This document shows, piece by piece, positions 20,009-28,910 of a DNA stretch of 64,000 bases. The position numbers were made by a program, and so were the translations under genes. Within the stretch, counting starts at the first letter, position 1. Each line of letters opens with the position of its first letter. Under the pieces are notes generated by a model, which was not told the DNA's origin, did not search any database, and worked only from the letters and a program-made list of their open reading frames with translations. The stretch comes from Lachnospiraceae bacterium. GTDB taxonomy: Bacteria > Bacillota > Clostridia > Lachnospirales > Lachnospiraceae. The stretch lies in contig SVDL01000002.1 of assembly GCA_015057835.1 (NCBI GenBank), positions 26,103-90,102 of the forward strand, given 5' to 3'.

Positions 20009-21559
20009 ATGTTTATTAAAGTTCTGCTTCTCGTAATCTTTTTCGGCGTTATGATCGGGATCGGTCTGTACTGCCGGAAAAATGCCACCGACGTCAACGG
20101 ATTTGTGCTCGGCGGCCGCTCGGTCGGCCCGTGGCTCACTGCCTTCGCTTACGGCACTTCCTATTTCTCGGCGGTCATTTTCGTGGGTTACGCGGGGCAG
20201 TTCGGCTGGAAATACGGCATCGCGGCGACGTGGGCAGGCCTCGGAAACGCGTTCCTCGGTTCTCTGCTTGCCTGGGCAGTTCTCGGACGCCGCACGCGTA
20301 TTATGACCCAGCACCTGAATTCCGCGACAATGCCGGATTTCTTTGCGAAGCGGTTTGACAGCAGACCGCTCAAGATTGCGGCGTCGATCGTCACATTCAT
20401 TTTCCTGATCCCGTACACGGCATCCCTGTACAACGGACTCTCCCGCCTGTTCGGCATGGCGTTCAATATCGATTATTCGATCTGCGTGGTCGTGATGGCA
20501 GTTCTGACCGGTATTTATGTTGTTACCGGCGGTTACATGGCGACGGCGATCAACGATTTTATCCAGGGCTGCATCATGCTCGTGGGTATCGTAGCGGTCA
20601 TCGTAGCTGTCATGAAAACACAGGGCGGCTTTATGGGAGCTTACCAGGGGATGGCGCAGGTCATGGACCCGACAGTCACGGAAGTGCCGGGCATGTTTGC
20701 CTCCTTCTTCGGACCGGATCCGGTCAACCTTCTCGGCGTTGTTCTCCTGACGTCCCTCGGCACCTGGGGACTTCCCCAGATGGTGCAGAAATTCTACGCG
20801 ATCAAGAGCGAGCGCTCCATCTACACAGGCACGGTAGTGTCGACGGCATTTGCGGTCATCGTGGCGGGCGGATGCTATTTCCTCGGCGGCTTCGGCAGAC
20901 TTTTCTGCACACCGGAGGAAGTGGCGGCGAACGGATTTGACTCCATCGTCCCCAAAATGCTTTCCGGCCTCCCGGATTTCCTGATCGCGGTCGTTGTGAT
21001 CCTGGTCCTGTCCGCGTCCATGTCGACACTCTCCTCGCTGGTCCTGACCTCGAGCTCGACGCTGACGCTCGACCTCATCAAGGGAACGATCGTCAAAGAA
21101 GAAGATATGGATGAGAAAAAGCAGGTCTCCATCATGCGGATCCTCGTCGTCGTGTTCATCGCGATCTCGGTCATCATCGCGATCATTCAGTACAAGTCCT
21201 CCGTGACCTTTATCGCACAGCTGATGGGTGTTTCATGGGGAGCGCTGGCAGGCGCGTTCCTGGCTCCGTTCCTGTACGGCCTGTACTGGAAGGGAACGAC
21301 GGCGGTCTCCTGCTGGGTCAGCTTCATTTTCTCGACGGTCGTCATGCTGGCAAATATGTTCGTCCGCAGCGCGTTCCCAGCGCTCCTGCAGTCGCCGATC
21401 AACGCCGGCGCGTTCTGTATGATCGCGGGACTGATCATCGTCCCGGTGGTATCCCTGTTCACGAAGAAACCGGACAAAAAGCTGGTGGAGGACGCGTTCG
21501 CGAGCTACACAAGGAAGGTCTACGTCGAACAGAGACGTGCACTGGAAGGCGATTCGTAA
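20009..21559 (+). CDS. Sodium:solute symporter family protein
   Basis: FVLGGRSVGPW, SYFSAVIFVGYAG, GGYMATAINDFIQG, GLPQMVQKFYA and SASMSTLSS motifs. Confidence 0.92.
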   Translation: MFIKVLLLVIFFGVMIGIGLYCRKNATDVNGFVLGGRSVGPWLTAFAYGTSYFSAVIFVGYAGQFGWKYGIAATWAGLGNAFLGSLLAWAVLGRRTRIMTQHLNSATMPDFFAKRFDSRPLKIAASIVTFIFLIPYTASLYNGLSRLFGMAFNIDYSICVVVMAVLTGIYVVTGGYMATAINDFIQGCIMLVGIVAVIVAVMKTQGGFMGAYQGMAQVMDPTVTEVPGMFASFFGPDPVNLLGVVLLTSLGTWGLPQMVQKFYAIKSERSIYTGTVVSTAFAVIVAGGCYFLGGFGRLFCTPEEVAANGFDSIVPKMLSGLPDFLIAVVVILVLSASMSTLSSLVLTSSSTLTLDLIKGTIVKEEDMDEKKQVSIMRILVVVFIAISVIIAIIQYKSSVTFIAQLMGVSWGALAGAFLAPFLYGLYWKGTTAVSCWVSFIFSTVVMLANMFVRSAFPALLQSPINAGAFCMIAGLIIVPVVSLFTKKPDKKLVEDAFASYTRKVYVEQRRALEGDS

Positions 21560-21600
21560 AAATATTAAAAAATTATACGCAGGCAGCTTTCTCCTAAAAA

Positions 21601-21642
21601 GCAGTGCCGGATCAGGAAAACCCTGCCGGCACTGCATTTTTT
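21601..21642 (+). terminator. Intrinsic terminator
   Basis: GCAGTGCCGG...CCGGCACTGC followed by ATTTTTT. Confidence 0.75.
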
Positions 21643-21697
21643 GGTACAATATTTTCCCGTTTCAGATATAATGGAAAAGAAGGAGAGTATTAAGAAA

Positions 21698-22573
21698 ATG
21701 AATGATCCGTTTGAACAGCAGAACAAAGGACAGGGAAACAGAAAAGGTCCGGTTATCATTTCTACGGCAATCGTGCTTGTGCTGGCATTGATTGTGGCAG
21801 TGGCTGCAGGACGACTGTTCGGATTTCCTTTCTTCGGGGAAAAAGGAAAGCAGAAGGAAGAAATATCACAGGCGGAAGCCCCCGCAGAGAGCGGAGTGAC
21901 CGTGCTCGGCGCGGATTCTCAGGGAGAGACTCCGGAAGGCGTGAAACCGGCGATCAGGCTGCCGGGCATAAAGGCGGAAGAGGAAGAGGCGGAGAGTGCC
22001 GCATCGGAAAATGCAGCCGCAGAGAGTTCAGCCGCGGAAACGGAGCAGATTCCCGCCGCGTCCGCACCTGAGAATCAGGAGCCCGCGGAGCAGATTCCCG
22101 CCGCGTCCGCACCCGAAAATCCGGAACCAGCGGAAGAGGCCTCCCAGCCGGCAGCACCGGCACCGGAATCCACGAATGAAGCGGCCCAGCCCGCGGCACC
22201 GTCTCCGGAATCCGCAGCCCAGCCGGCGCAGGATGACATTGAGAGTCTGAAGAGTTTTATAGCGGGTTATTGGGAGTGCGAGCTGACCAATGAGGAAAAG
22301 CCCTATCTCTATCTGTATTTTAGCCCGGATTATTCCTATAAGATGGGCTTCAAGTCCGATCAGCGCCTGACGACGCAGGAGATCGCGAAAAGCTTTAAAC
22401 AGGAGATCACTTCCGTGAGAATGGAAGGTGACTGGCTTGTGATCGACGCGTTCTTCATTGACGGAGACCTGCACACGGTTTCCGTCCGCAGAGACGAGGA
22501 GGCGGAGGACGGCATCATTTACCTGAGAATTACAGGGGATGAAGCAAAACTGACCAGAATGAAAGAAGACTAG
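21698..22573 (+). CDS. Hypothetical membrane-anchored protein with an Ala/Glu/Pro-rich repeat linker
   Basis: Single TM helix (VIISTAIVLVLALIVAVAA); EQIPAASAPEN repeated with a 45-bp period; start chosen from RBS AAGGAG. Confidence 0.7.
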   Translation: MNDPFEQQNKGQGNRKGPVIISTAIVLVLALIVAVAAGRLFGFPFFGEKGKQKEEISQAEAPAESGVTVLGADSQGETPEGVKPAIRLPGIKAEEEEAESAASENAAAESSAAETEQIPAASAPENQEPAEQIPAASAPENPEPAEEASQPAAPAPESTNEAAQPAAPSPESAAQPAQDDIESLKSFIAGYWECELTNEEKPYLYLYFSPDYSYKMGFKSDQRLTTQEIAKSFKQEITSVRMEGDWLVIDAFFIDGDLHTVSVRRDEEAEDGIIYLRITGDEAKLTRMKED

Positions 22574-22613
22574 TTCATTTATTGCCGAAAGAGTAAACGA
22601 GGACGGAACAACC

Positions 22614-23357
22614 ATGGGTTATGAATTCTTATCCCGCATTCGCTACAGCGAAGTCGATCAGAACGAGAAGCTCACGATCGATCATCTTGCGGATTATTTT
22701 CAGGACTGCACAATTTATCACGACGACTCGGTCGGGCTCGGTCTCGCCTACTGGCGGGAGCGCGGCGCGATGTGGGTCACGACGTCGTGGAAAATACTGT
22801 TTTTTGACATGCCGCGCTGCTGCGACTATGTAAAAGTGCGCACAGACGCCATTCAATGCCGCAGCTTTATCGGGACCCGCAGTTTCACCCTGCGCTCGGA
22901 GCGCGGGAAGCTGCTCGCGGCGGCATTTGCCAAATTCGCGCTGCTGGATTCCAAAACGGGAAAACCGGTCCGGATCCTCCCGGAGGAGGGCGGCGCCTAC
23001 GGCAGGAGCGATCCGATTCCGATGGAAGAGGAGAAGCAGCACATTGTCCTGCCGGCCGACGCGGAGGAAAAAGAACCGATCGTCGTCGGCATCCACCATC
23101 TGGACCCGAATCACCACGTCAACAACGTGCAGTATATCATCATGGCGATGAATTACCTTCCGGAGGGGTTCACTCCGAAAATGATGCGGTTTTCCTATCA
23201 CCTCTCCGCACTGCTCGGGGACGTTATCATTCCGAAAATCGCATATTCCGAACACGATGTCACCGGAATGCTCATGCGGGAGGACGGGGAGATGTACGCC
23301 GCGTTCCGGTTCTCGGATGTTCTCTCGGAGCAGGATGAAAAGGTAGCGGAACTATAG
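22614..23357 (+). CDS. Acyl-ACP thioesterase
   Basis: RIRYSEVD, DYFQDC and LDPNHHVNNVQY motifs. Confidence 0.88.
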   Translation: MGYEFLSRIRYSEVDQNEKLTIDHLADYFQDCTIYHDDSVGLGLAYWRERGAMWVTTSWKILFFDMPRCCDYVKVRTDAIQCRSFIGTRSFTLRSERGKLLAAAFAKFALLDSKTGKPVRILPEEGGAYGRSDPIPMEEEKQHIVLPADAEEKEPIVVGIHHLDPNHHVNNVQYIIMAMNYLPEGFTPKMMRFSYHLSALLGDVIIPKIAYSEHDVTGMLMREDGEMYAAFRFSDVLSEQDEKVAEL

Positions 23358-23366
23358 GAGAAAAAG

Positions 23367-24224
23367 ATGATCGAAATCGGCAAATGGAACGACCTTATCG
23401 TCGTCAAAAAAGTGAACTTTGGCGTGTATCTCGGGGAAAATGCGGACGTGTCCGAAAAGGACCGGATCCTCCTCCCCGAGAAACAGGTGCCCGAAAATAT
23501 AAAAGAGGGCGATCCCCTCACGGTTTTCGTCTACCGCGATTCCGAGGACAGAATGATCGCGACGGTGCATGAGCCGCTTCTTACGCTGGGGCAGATCGGC
23601 CGGCTTACGGTCCGGGAAGTCACGAGAATCGGTGCTTTTCTCGACTGGGGTCTCGAGAAGGATCTCTTCCTGCCTTTCAAGGAGCAGACCCGGAAAGTGA
23701 AAGAGGGGGAGGTCGTGCTGGCGGCGCTCTACAAAGATAAGAGCGGCCGGCTGTGCGCGACCATGAATGTCTACCCCTATCTGTCGACCCGCTGCCCTTA
23801 CCACGCAGGCGCGCAGGTCGAGGGAACGGTATACGAGACCTCCGATAATTTCGGCGTATTCGTGGCCGTCGCGGACGCTTATTCCGGTCTGATCCCGAAG
23901 AGAGAGGCGGAGGACGCGGATCTTACCATCGGGCAGAAAGTGGAGGTCCGGATCTCCCGGGTCCGGAAAGACGGAAAACTGGAGCTGTCTTTGAAGGACA
24001 AGGCCTATAAACAGATGGATGCGGACGCGGAAAAGATCGCAAAAGCGATCAAAGAGCAGTATGGCGGCGTCCTCCCGTTTGACGACAAGGCGGATCCGGA
24101 GCAGATCCACAGTGCCTTCGGCATGTCGAAAGCCGCTTTCAAGCGGGCGGTCGGCGCGCTTTATAAAGAGAGAAGAGTTGTTCTGGGAGACGGGACGATC
24201 CGGCTTGCGGAAACGAAACACTGA
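23367..24224 (+). CDS. CvfB-like S1 RNA-binding domain protein
   Basis: FGVYL, ILLP, GAFLDWGLEKDLFLPFKEQ and SKAAFKRAVGALYK motifs. Confidence 0.9.
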   Translation: MIEIGKWNDLIVVKKVNFGVYLGENADVSEKDRILLPEKQVPENIKEGDPLTVFVYRDSEDRMIATVHEPLLTLGQIGRLTVREVTRIGAFLDWGLEKDLFLPFKEQTRKVKEGEVVLAALYKDKSGRLCATMNVYPYLSTRCPYHAGAQVEGTVYETSDNFGVFVAVADAYSGLIPKREAEDADLTIGQKVEVRISRVRKDGKLELSLKDKAYKQMDADAEKIAKAIKEQYGGVLPFDDKADPEQIHSAFGMSKAAFKRAVGALYKERRVVLGDGTIRLAETKH

Positions 24225-24314
24225 ATCCGGCCGGGCAGCGGGCTCATTTGCCTGAAGAAACCGTAAATTACAGACAGCGCCGCGCGGCGGCGTCATTTTC
24301 AGGAGAAACACGAT

Positions 24315-27300
24315 ATGCGGTTTACGCATCTGCATGTCCACACCGAGTATTCGCTCCTTGATGGATCCAATAAAATAAAAGAGTACATCGCCCGGGTCAA
24401 GGAACTCGGGATGACGAGCTGCGCGATCACGGATCACGGCGTCATGTACGGCTGCATCGATTTCTACAAAGCCGCCTGGGAGGAAGGTATCAAGCCGATC
24501 ATCGGGTGCGAGGTCTACGTCGCTCCGGGGAGCCGTTTCGAGAAGGGCGGCGCGGGCGGCCGCGGCAGTGCGGCAAATGCCGACGACAAGTATCACCATC
24601 TGATCCTGCTTGCCGAGAACAATCAGGGCTATGCGAACCTGATGAAGATCGTCTCCGCCGGCTTTGTGGAGGGGTATTATTACCGCCCGAGAGTCGATAA
24701 GGAGCTGCTGCGGAAATATCACGAGGGCATTATCGCGTCCTCCGCGTGTCTTGCGGGCGAGATCGCGAAGCTTCTCATGCGCGGCGAGTATGAGGAGGCC
24801 AAAAAGACGGCTCTCGAGTACAGGGATATTTTCGGGGAAAATAACTTCTTCCTGGAACTTATGGATCACGGCATTCCGGAGCAGAAGCGGGTCAATCAGC
24901 TTCTTAAGGAGATCAGCCGGGAGACCGGCATTCCGATGATCGTTACCAACGACGCGCATTATACATTTAAAGAGGACGCGGAGCCCCACGACATACTGCT
25001 TTGCATCCAGACGGGCAAAAAAGTGCAGGACGAGGACCGGATGCGCTACACCGGCGGCCAGTACTACATCAAATCCGCGGAGGAAATGGCCGCGCTCTTC
25101 CCGGACGTCCCCGAAGCGCTTGAAAATACCAGCCGCATCGCGGACCGCTGCAACGTGGAGATCGTCTTCCACGAGCGCAAACTTCCCAAATACGATCTTC
25201 CGCCCGGAAGGCGGCCGTTTGAATACCTGGAGAGCCTTTGCACCGAGGGGCTGAAAAACCGGTACGCCGTTGTCACGAGAGAGATCGAGGACCAGCTGCA
25301 TTATGAGCTGTCCACGATCCGCAGCATGGGGTTTGTCGACTATTTCCTCATTGTCTGGGATTTCATCAAATACGCCCGCGATCACGGCATCGCCGTCGGG
25401 CCCGGAAGAGGCTCCGCCGCGGGATCGATCGTGTCCTATTCGCTGGGAATCACACAGCTTGATCCGCTGCAGTATAACCTCCTGTTTGAGCGCTTCCTGA
25501 ACCCGGAGCGCGTGTCGATGCCCGATATCGACGTCGATTTCGACCCGGAGAGAAGACAGGAAGTCATCGAATATGTCATGAATAAATACGGCCGCGACAA
25601 ATGCGTTCAGATCGTCACGTTCGGAACGCTGAAAGCCCGGAACGTCATCCGCGACGTCGGCCGCGCCCTCGACATGTCCTACGGCGAAGTCGATGTGATC
25701 GCGAAAATGATCCCGATGGAGCTCGGCATCACCATCGACAAGGCGATGAAAATGAATCCGGAGCTCGCCGCCGCCTATAATGAGCAGGAAAATGTCAAAT
25801 ACCTGATCGACATGGCAAAACGTCTCGAGGGACTCCCCCGCCACACGTCCATGCACGCGGCGGGCGTCCTGATCTGCCAGAACCAGGTCGACGACTACGT
25901 TCCGCTCTCCGTCGCGGCGGACGGAACGATCACGACGCAGTACACGATGACGACCCTCGAGGAACTGGGCCTTCTGAAAATGGACTTCCTCGGCCTGCGG
26001 AACCTCACCGTCATTCAGAACGCGGAGAAGCTGGTCAACGCCAATATTCCGGAGGGATCCCCGAAACTGGATATCGACCGGATCGACCTCAGCGAGCCGA
26101 ACGTGCTGAACATGATCGGCAAAGGGGACACTGAGGGCGTCTTCCAGCTGGAGAGCGCCGGAATGACGAGTTTCATGAAGGAGCTCCGCCCGGAGCGGTT
26201 CGAAGATATTATCGCGGGGATCGCGCTGTATCGTCCGGGTCCGATGGATTTCATTCCGAAATATCTGGCCGGCAAGCGCAACGCGGCGTCCGTCACGTAC
26301 GACTGCCCGGAACTTATGCCGATCCTTGAGCCGACCTACGGCTGCATCGTCTACCAGGAACAGGTCATGCAGATCGTTCAGGAGCTGGGCGGCTATACGC
26401 TCGGGCGGGCGGATCTCGTCCGGCGCGCGATGTCCAAGAAAAAAGAATCCGTCATGATCAAGGAGCGGAAGAATTTCGTCTACGGAAATCCCTCCGAGGG
26501 CGTTCCGGGATGCCTGAGCCGCGGCATTTCCGAGGAAGTGGCCAATAAGATCTTCGACGAGATGATGGATTTCGCGAAGTACGCATTTAACAAATCCCAC
26601 GCCGCGGTCTACGCCTATGTCGCCATGCAGACCGGATATCTCAAATATTATCATCCGGTCGAGTACATGGCCGCCCTTATGACGAGCGTCATCGGAGCCC
26701 CGGCAAAGTGCGCGGAGTACATTCTGCACTGCCACGACATGAATATTTCCATTCTTCCTCCGTCGGTCAACGAGGGGGAAGGCGTGTTTACAGCGGAAAA
26801 CGGCAGTATCCGGTACGGCATGTACGCGGTCAAGCATGTCGGGCGACCGGCGGTGGACGCGATCGTGCGAGAGAGAAAGACGGGAGGACCGTTTACGTCT
26901 CTCAAGGATTTCCTGACCAGGGTGCAGGGCTCGGAACTGAACAAGAGGGCAATTGAAAACCTCATCAAGGCCGGCGCCCTGGACGGACTGGACGGCAACC
27001 GCAGGCAGTGCATGATGGCGTTCCCGCTTATGATGGAAGACGCCGCCCGGGAGAAAAAGGAATCAATTTCCGGGCAGATCAGTCTGTTCGATTTCATGCA
27101 GCCGGAGGATACGCCGCCCTCGAAGCAGCTGCTTCCCGACGTGCCGGAATTCCCGAAAGAGGAGAAGCTGGCGTTTGAAAAGGAAGTCATGGGCGTCTAT
27201 CTGTCCGGCCATCCGCTCGAGGAGGAGGAAAAGCTCTGGAGAAAGACGATCTCCGCCAAAGCGATGGATTTTGCGCCGGAAGAGACCTCCGAGGAAGAGC

Positions 27301-27821
27301 CGGCCGCCCAGAGCGGAGGCAGAAAGCGGCTCTGGAACGGAGAAAAAGAGATCATCGGCGGCATCATGACGGGCAAGACGATCAAGTACACGAAGAACAA
27401 CAAGGTCATGGCGTTCATCACCCTGGAGGATCTGACCGGCTCCGTGGAAGTGCTGGTCTTCCCGCAGACCTACGAAAAGTATGCGGGACTTATGACCCCG
27501 GACGCGAAGCTGTTCGCGGAAGGCAAAGTGTCCGTCGAGGACGAGAAGGCCAGCAAGCTCCTGGCGGACCGGCTGTGGTCCTTCGACGAGGTGCCGCGCG
27601 AGGTCTGGATCCAGTTCCCGGACAAGGCGTCCTATGACGCGCAGGAAACGGAAATGATGCGGATCATCGGCTCCGCTCCCGGGAAAAACCGGGTGTGCGT
27701 TTATCTCCGGGACCGGAAAGCGGTCAAGAAGCTTCCTCTTGAGGACGCCGTTTCGACGGATGCCGGGACGGTGGGGCGCCTCAGGGAGGTTTTTGGAGAA
27801 GCAAATGTGAAGATAGTGTAA
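24315..27821 (+). CDS. dnaE: DNA polymerase III alpha subunit
   Basis: HLHVHTEYSLLDG (PHP domain), GPGRGSAAGS, SMPDIDVDF, KMDFLGL, YAFNKSHA and C-terminal OB fold. Confidence 0.97.
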   Translation: MRFTHLHVHTEYSLLDGSNKIKEYIARVKELGMTSCAITDHGVMYGCIDFYKAAWEEGIKPIIGCEVYVAPGSRFEKGGAGGRGSAANADDKYHHLILLAENNQGYANLMKIVSAGFVEGYYYRPRVDKELLRKYHEGIIASSACLAGEIAKLLMRGEYEEAKKTALEYRDIFGENNFFLELMDHGIPEQKRVNQLLKEISRETGIPMIVTNDAHYTFKEDAEPHDILLCIQTGKKVQDEDRMRYTGGQYYIKSAEEMAALFPDVPEALENTSRIADRCNVEIVFHERKLPKYDLPPGRRPFEYLESLCTEGLKNRYAVVTREIEDQLHYELSTIRSMGFVDYFLIVWDFIKYARDHGIAVGPGRGSAAGSIVSYSLGITQLDPLQYNLLFERFLNPERVSMPDIDVDFDPERRQEVIEYVMNKYGRDKCVQIVTFGTLKARNVIRDVGRALDMSYGEVDVIAKMIPMELGITIDKAMKMNPELAAAYNEQENVKYLIDMAKRLEGLPRHTSMHAAGVLICQNQVDDYVPLSVAADGTITTQYTMTTLEELGLLKMDFLGLRNLTVIQNAEKLVNANIPEGSPKLDIDRIDLSEPNVLNMIGKGDTEGVFQLESAGMTSFMKELRPERFEDIIAGIALYRPGPMDFIPKYLAGKRNAASVTYDCPELMPILEPTYGCIVYQEQVMQIVQELGGYTLGRADLVRRAMSKKKESVMIKERKNFVYGNPSEGVPGCLSRGISEEVANKIFDEMMDFAKYAFNKSHAAVYAYVAMQTGYLKYYHPVEYMAALMTSVIGAPAKCAEYILHCHDMNISILPPSVNEGEGVFTAENGSIRYGMYAVKHVGRPAVDAIVRERKTGGPFTSLKDFLTRVQGSELNKRAIENLIKAGALDGLDGNRRQCMMAFPLMMEDAAREKKESISGQISLFDFMQPEDTPPSKQLLPDVPEFPKEEKLAFEKEVMGVYLSGHPLEEEEKLWRKTISAKAMDFAPEETSEEEPAAQSGGRKRLWNGEKEIIGGIMTGKTIKYTKNNKVMAFITLEDLTGSVEVLVFPQTYEKYAGLMTPDAKLFAEGKVSVEDEKASKLLADRLWSFDEVPREVWIQFPDKASYDAQETEMMRIIGSAPGKNRVCVYLRDRKAVKKLPLEDAVSTDAGTVGRLREVFGEANVKIV

Positions 27822-27825
27822 GGCA

Positions 27826-27856
27826 GGAGCCAGAGGGGACGGTTCTCTCTGGCTTC
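27826..27856 (+). repeat. REP-like hairpin just after the dnaE stop
   Basis: GGAGCCAGAGGGGA-CGGT-TCTCTCTGGCTTC. Confidence 0.75.
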
Positions 27857-27914
27857 TCGGTATTTTAGTCAATTTCGGGACGTAATATTTGGTAAAAAAG
27901 CCGAAAGTTATAAG

Positions 27915-27943
27915 TTGACAGCTTGTAATACAACTTGTATAAT
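27915..27943 (+). promoter_or_regulatory. Consensus sigma70 promoter with a palindromic operator in the spacer
   Basis: TTGACA-17 nt-TATAAT; the spacer contains TTGTA-A-TACAA (27923-27933), overlapping TACAA-C-TTGTA (27929-27939). Confidence 0.8.
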
Positions 27944-28043
27944 GGTAGCAGGATGAAAAAGAATCAAACGAACCCTTTAGAACAGAGGGTTTTCGGGCGA
28001 GACGAAGCAGCATTTTCAAGCGATCGATGATGGAGGAAGATGT

Positions 28044-28835
28044 ATGGAACTGGGACTGAAGGATAAGGTCGTTCTGATCACGGGCTCCGCGAAGGGAATC
28101 GGCAAAGAAATCGCGAAAGCATTTGCCGCGGAAGGCGCTGTCCTTGTACTGAATGACGTCCTTGCGGATGTGCTCGAAGAGACAGTAAAAGAGTTCAACG
28201 ACGCAGGCACAAAGACTTACGGATACGCATTTGACATCACCAATGAAGCAGCTGTTACGGAAGCAGTCGCGAAGATCGAGGCGGAAGTCGGACCGATCGG
28301 CGTACTCATCAACAACGCGGGTCTTCAGAGAAGATTCCCGCTGGAGGAGTTCCCGCTGGACGAGTTCAAACGGGTCATCGACGTCGACCTCATCGGATCG
28401 TTCATCGTCAGCAAAGCTGTCGCGAAATACATGATCCCGAGACATGCGGGACGCATCGTAAACATCACTTCCCTTAACGCGGAACTGGTCCGCAAGGACA
28501 TTTCCCCGTACTGCGCGGCGAAGGGAGCTCTCAAGCAGCTCACCAAGTCGATGGCGGAAGAGTGGGGCAAATACGGCATCAGCGCCAACGCGGTAGGCCC
28601 GGGCTACATCAAGACGGACATCAACAAAGCGCTCTGGTCAAAACCGGATTTCGACCAGTGGGTATGCGACGAGACCTGCCTCAAGGAATGGGGCAAAGTC
28701 GAGCACATCGCGAACGCGGTCGTCTATCTCGCATCCGACGCGGCGTACTACATCACCGGTCAGTCCATCTATGTGGACGGCGGCTGGCAGGCACACCTCG
28801 GCGGTGACCCGACAAAGGAAGCGCTGCAGGGCTGA
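28044..28835 (+). CDS. SDR oxidoreductase, gluconate 5-dehydrogenase-like
   Basis: TGSAKGIG, INNAGLQRRFPL, YCAAK and NAVGPGYIKT motifs. Confidence 0.85.
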   Translation: MELGLKDKVVLITGSAKGIGKEIAKAFAAEGAVLVLNDVLADVLEETVKEFNDAGTKTYGYAFDITNEAAVTEAVAKIEAEVGPIGVLINNAGLQRRFPLEEFPLDEFKRVIDVDLIGSFIVSKAVAKYMIPRHAGRIVNITSLNAELVRKDISPYCAAKGALKQLTKSMAEEWGKYGISANAVGPGYIKTDINKALWSKPDFDQWVCDETCLKEWGKVEHIANAVVYLASDAAYYITGQSIYVDGGWQAHLGGDPTKEALQG

Positions 28836-28910
28836 TTACGGAAATCGTTGAAAATGTAAAATGAGGCGGAGAGCACCGTCTGCACACAATAAAAAAGAGG
28901 AGAATTTATC

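Noticed and set aside
23352-26837. 1161-aa antisense ORF opposite cvfB/dnaE
   Set aside because: Shadow ORF from GC-rich codon bias; no motifs, and fully overlaps well-supported genes.
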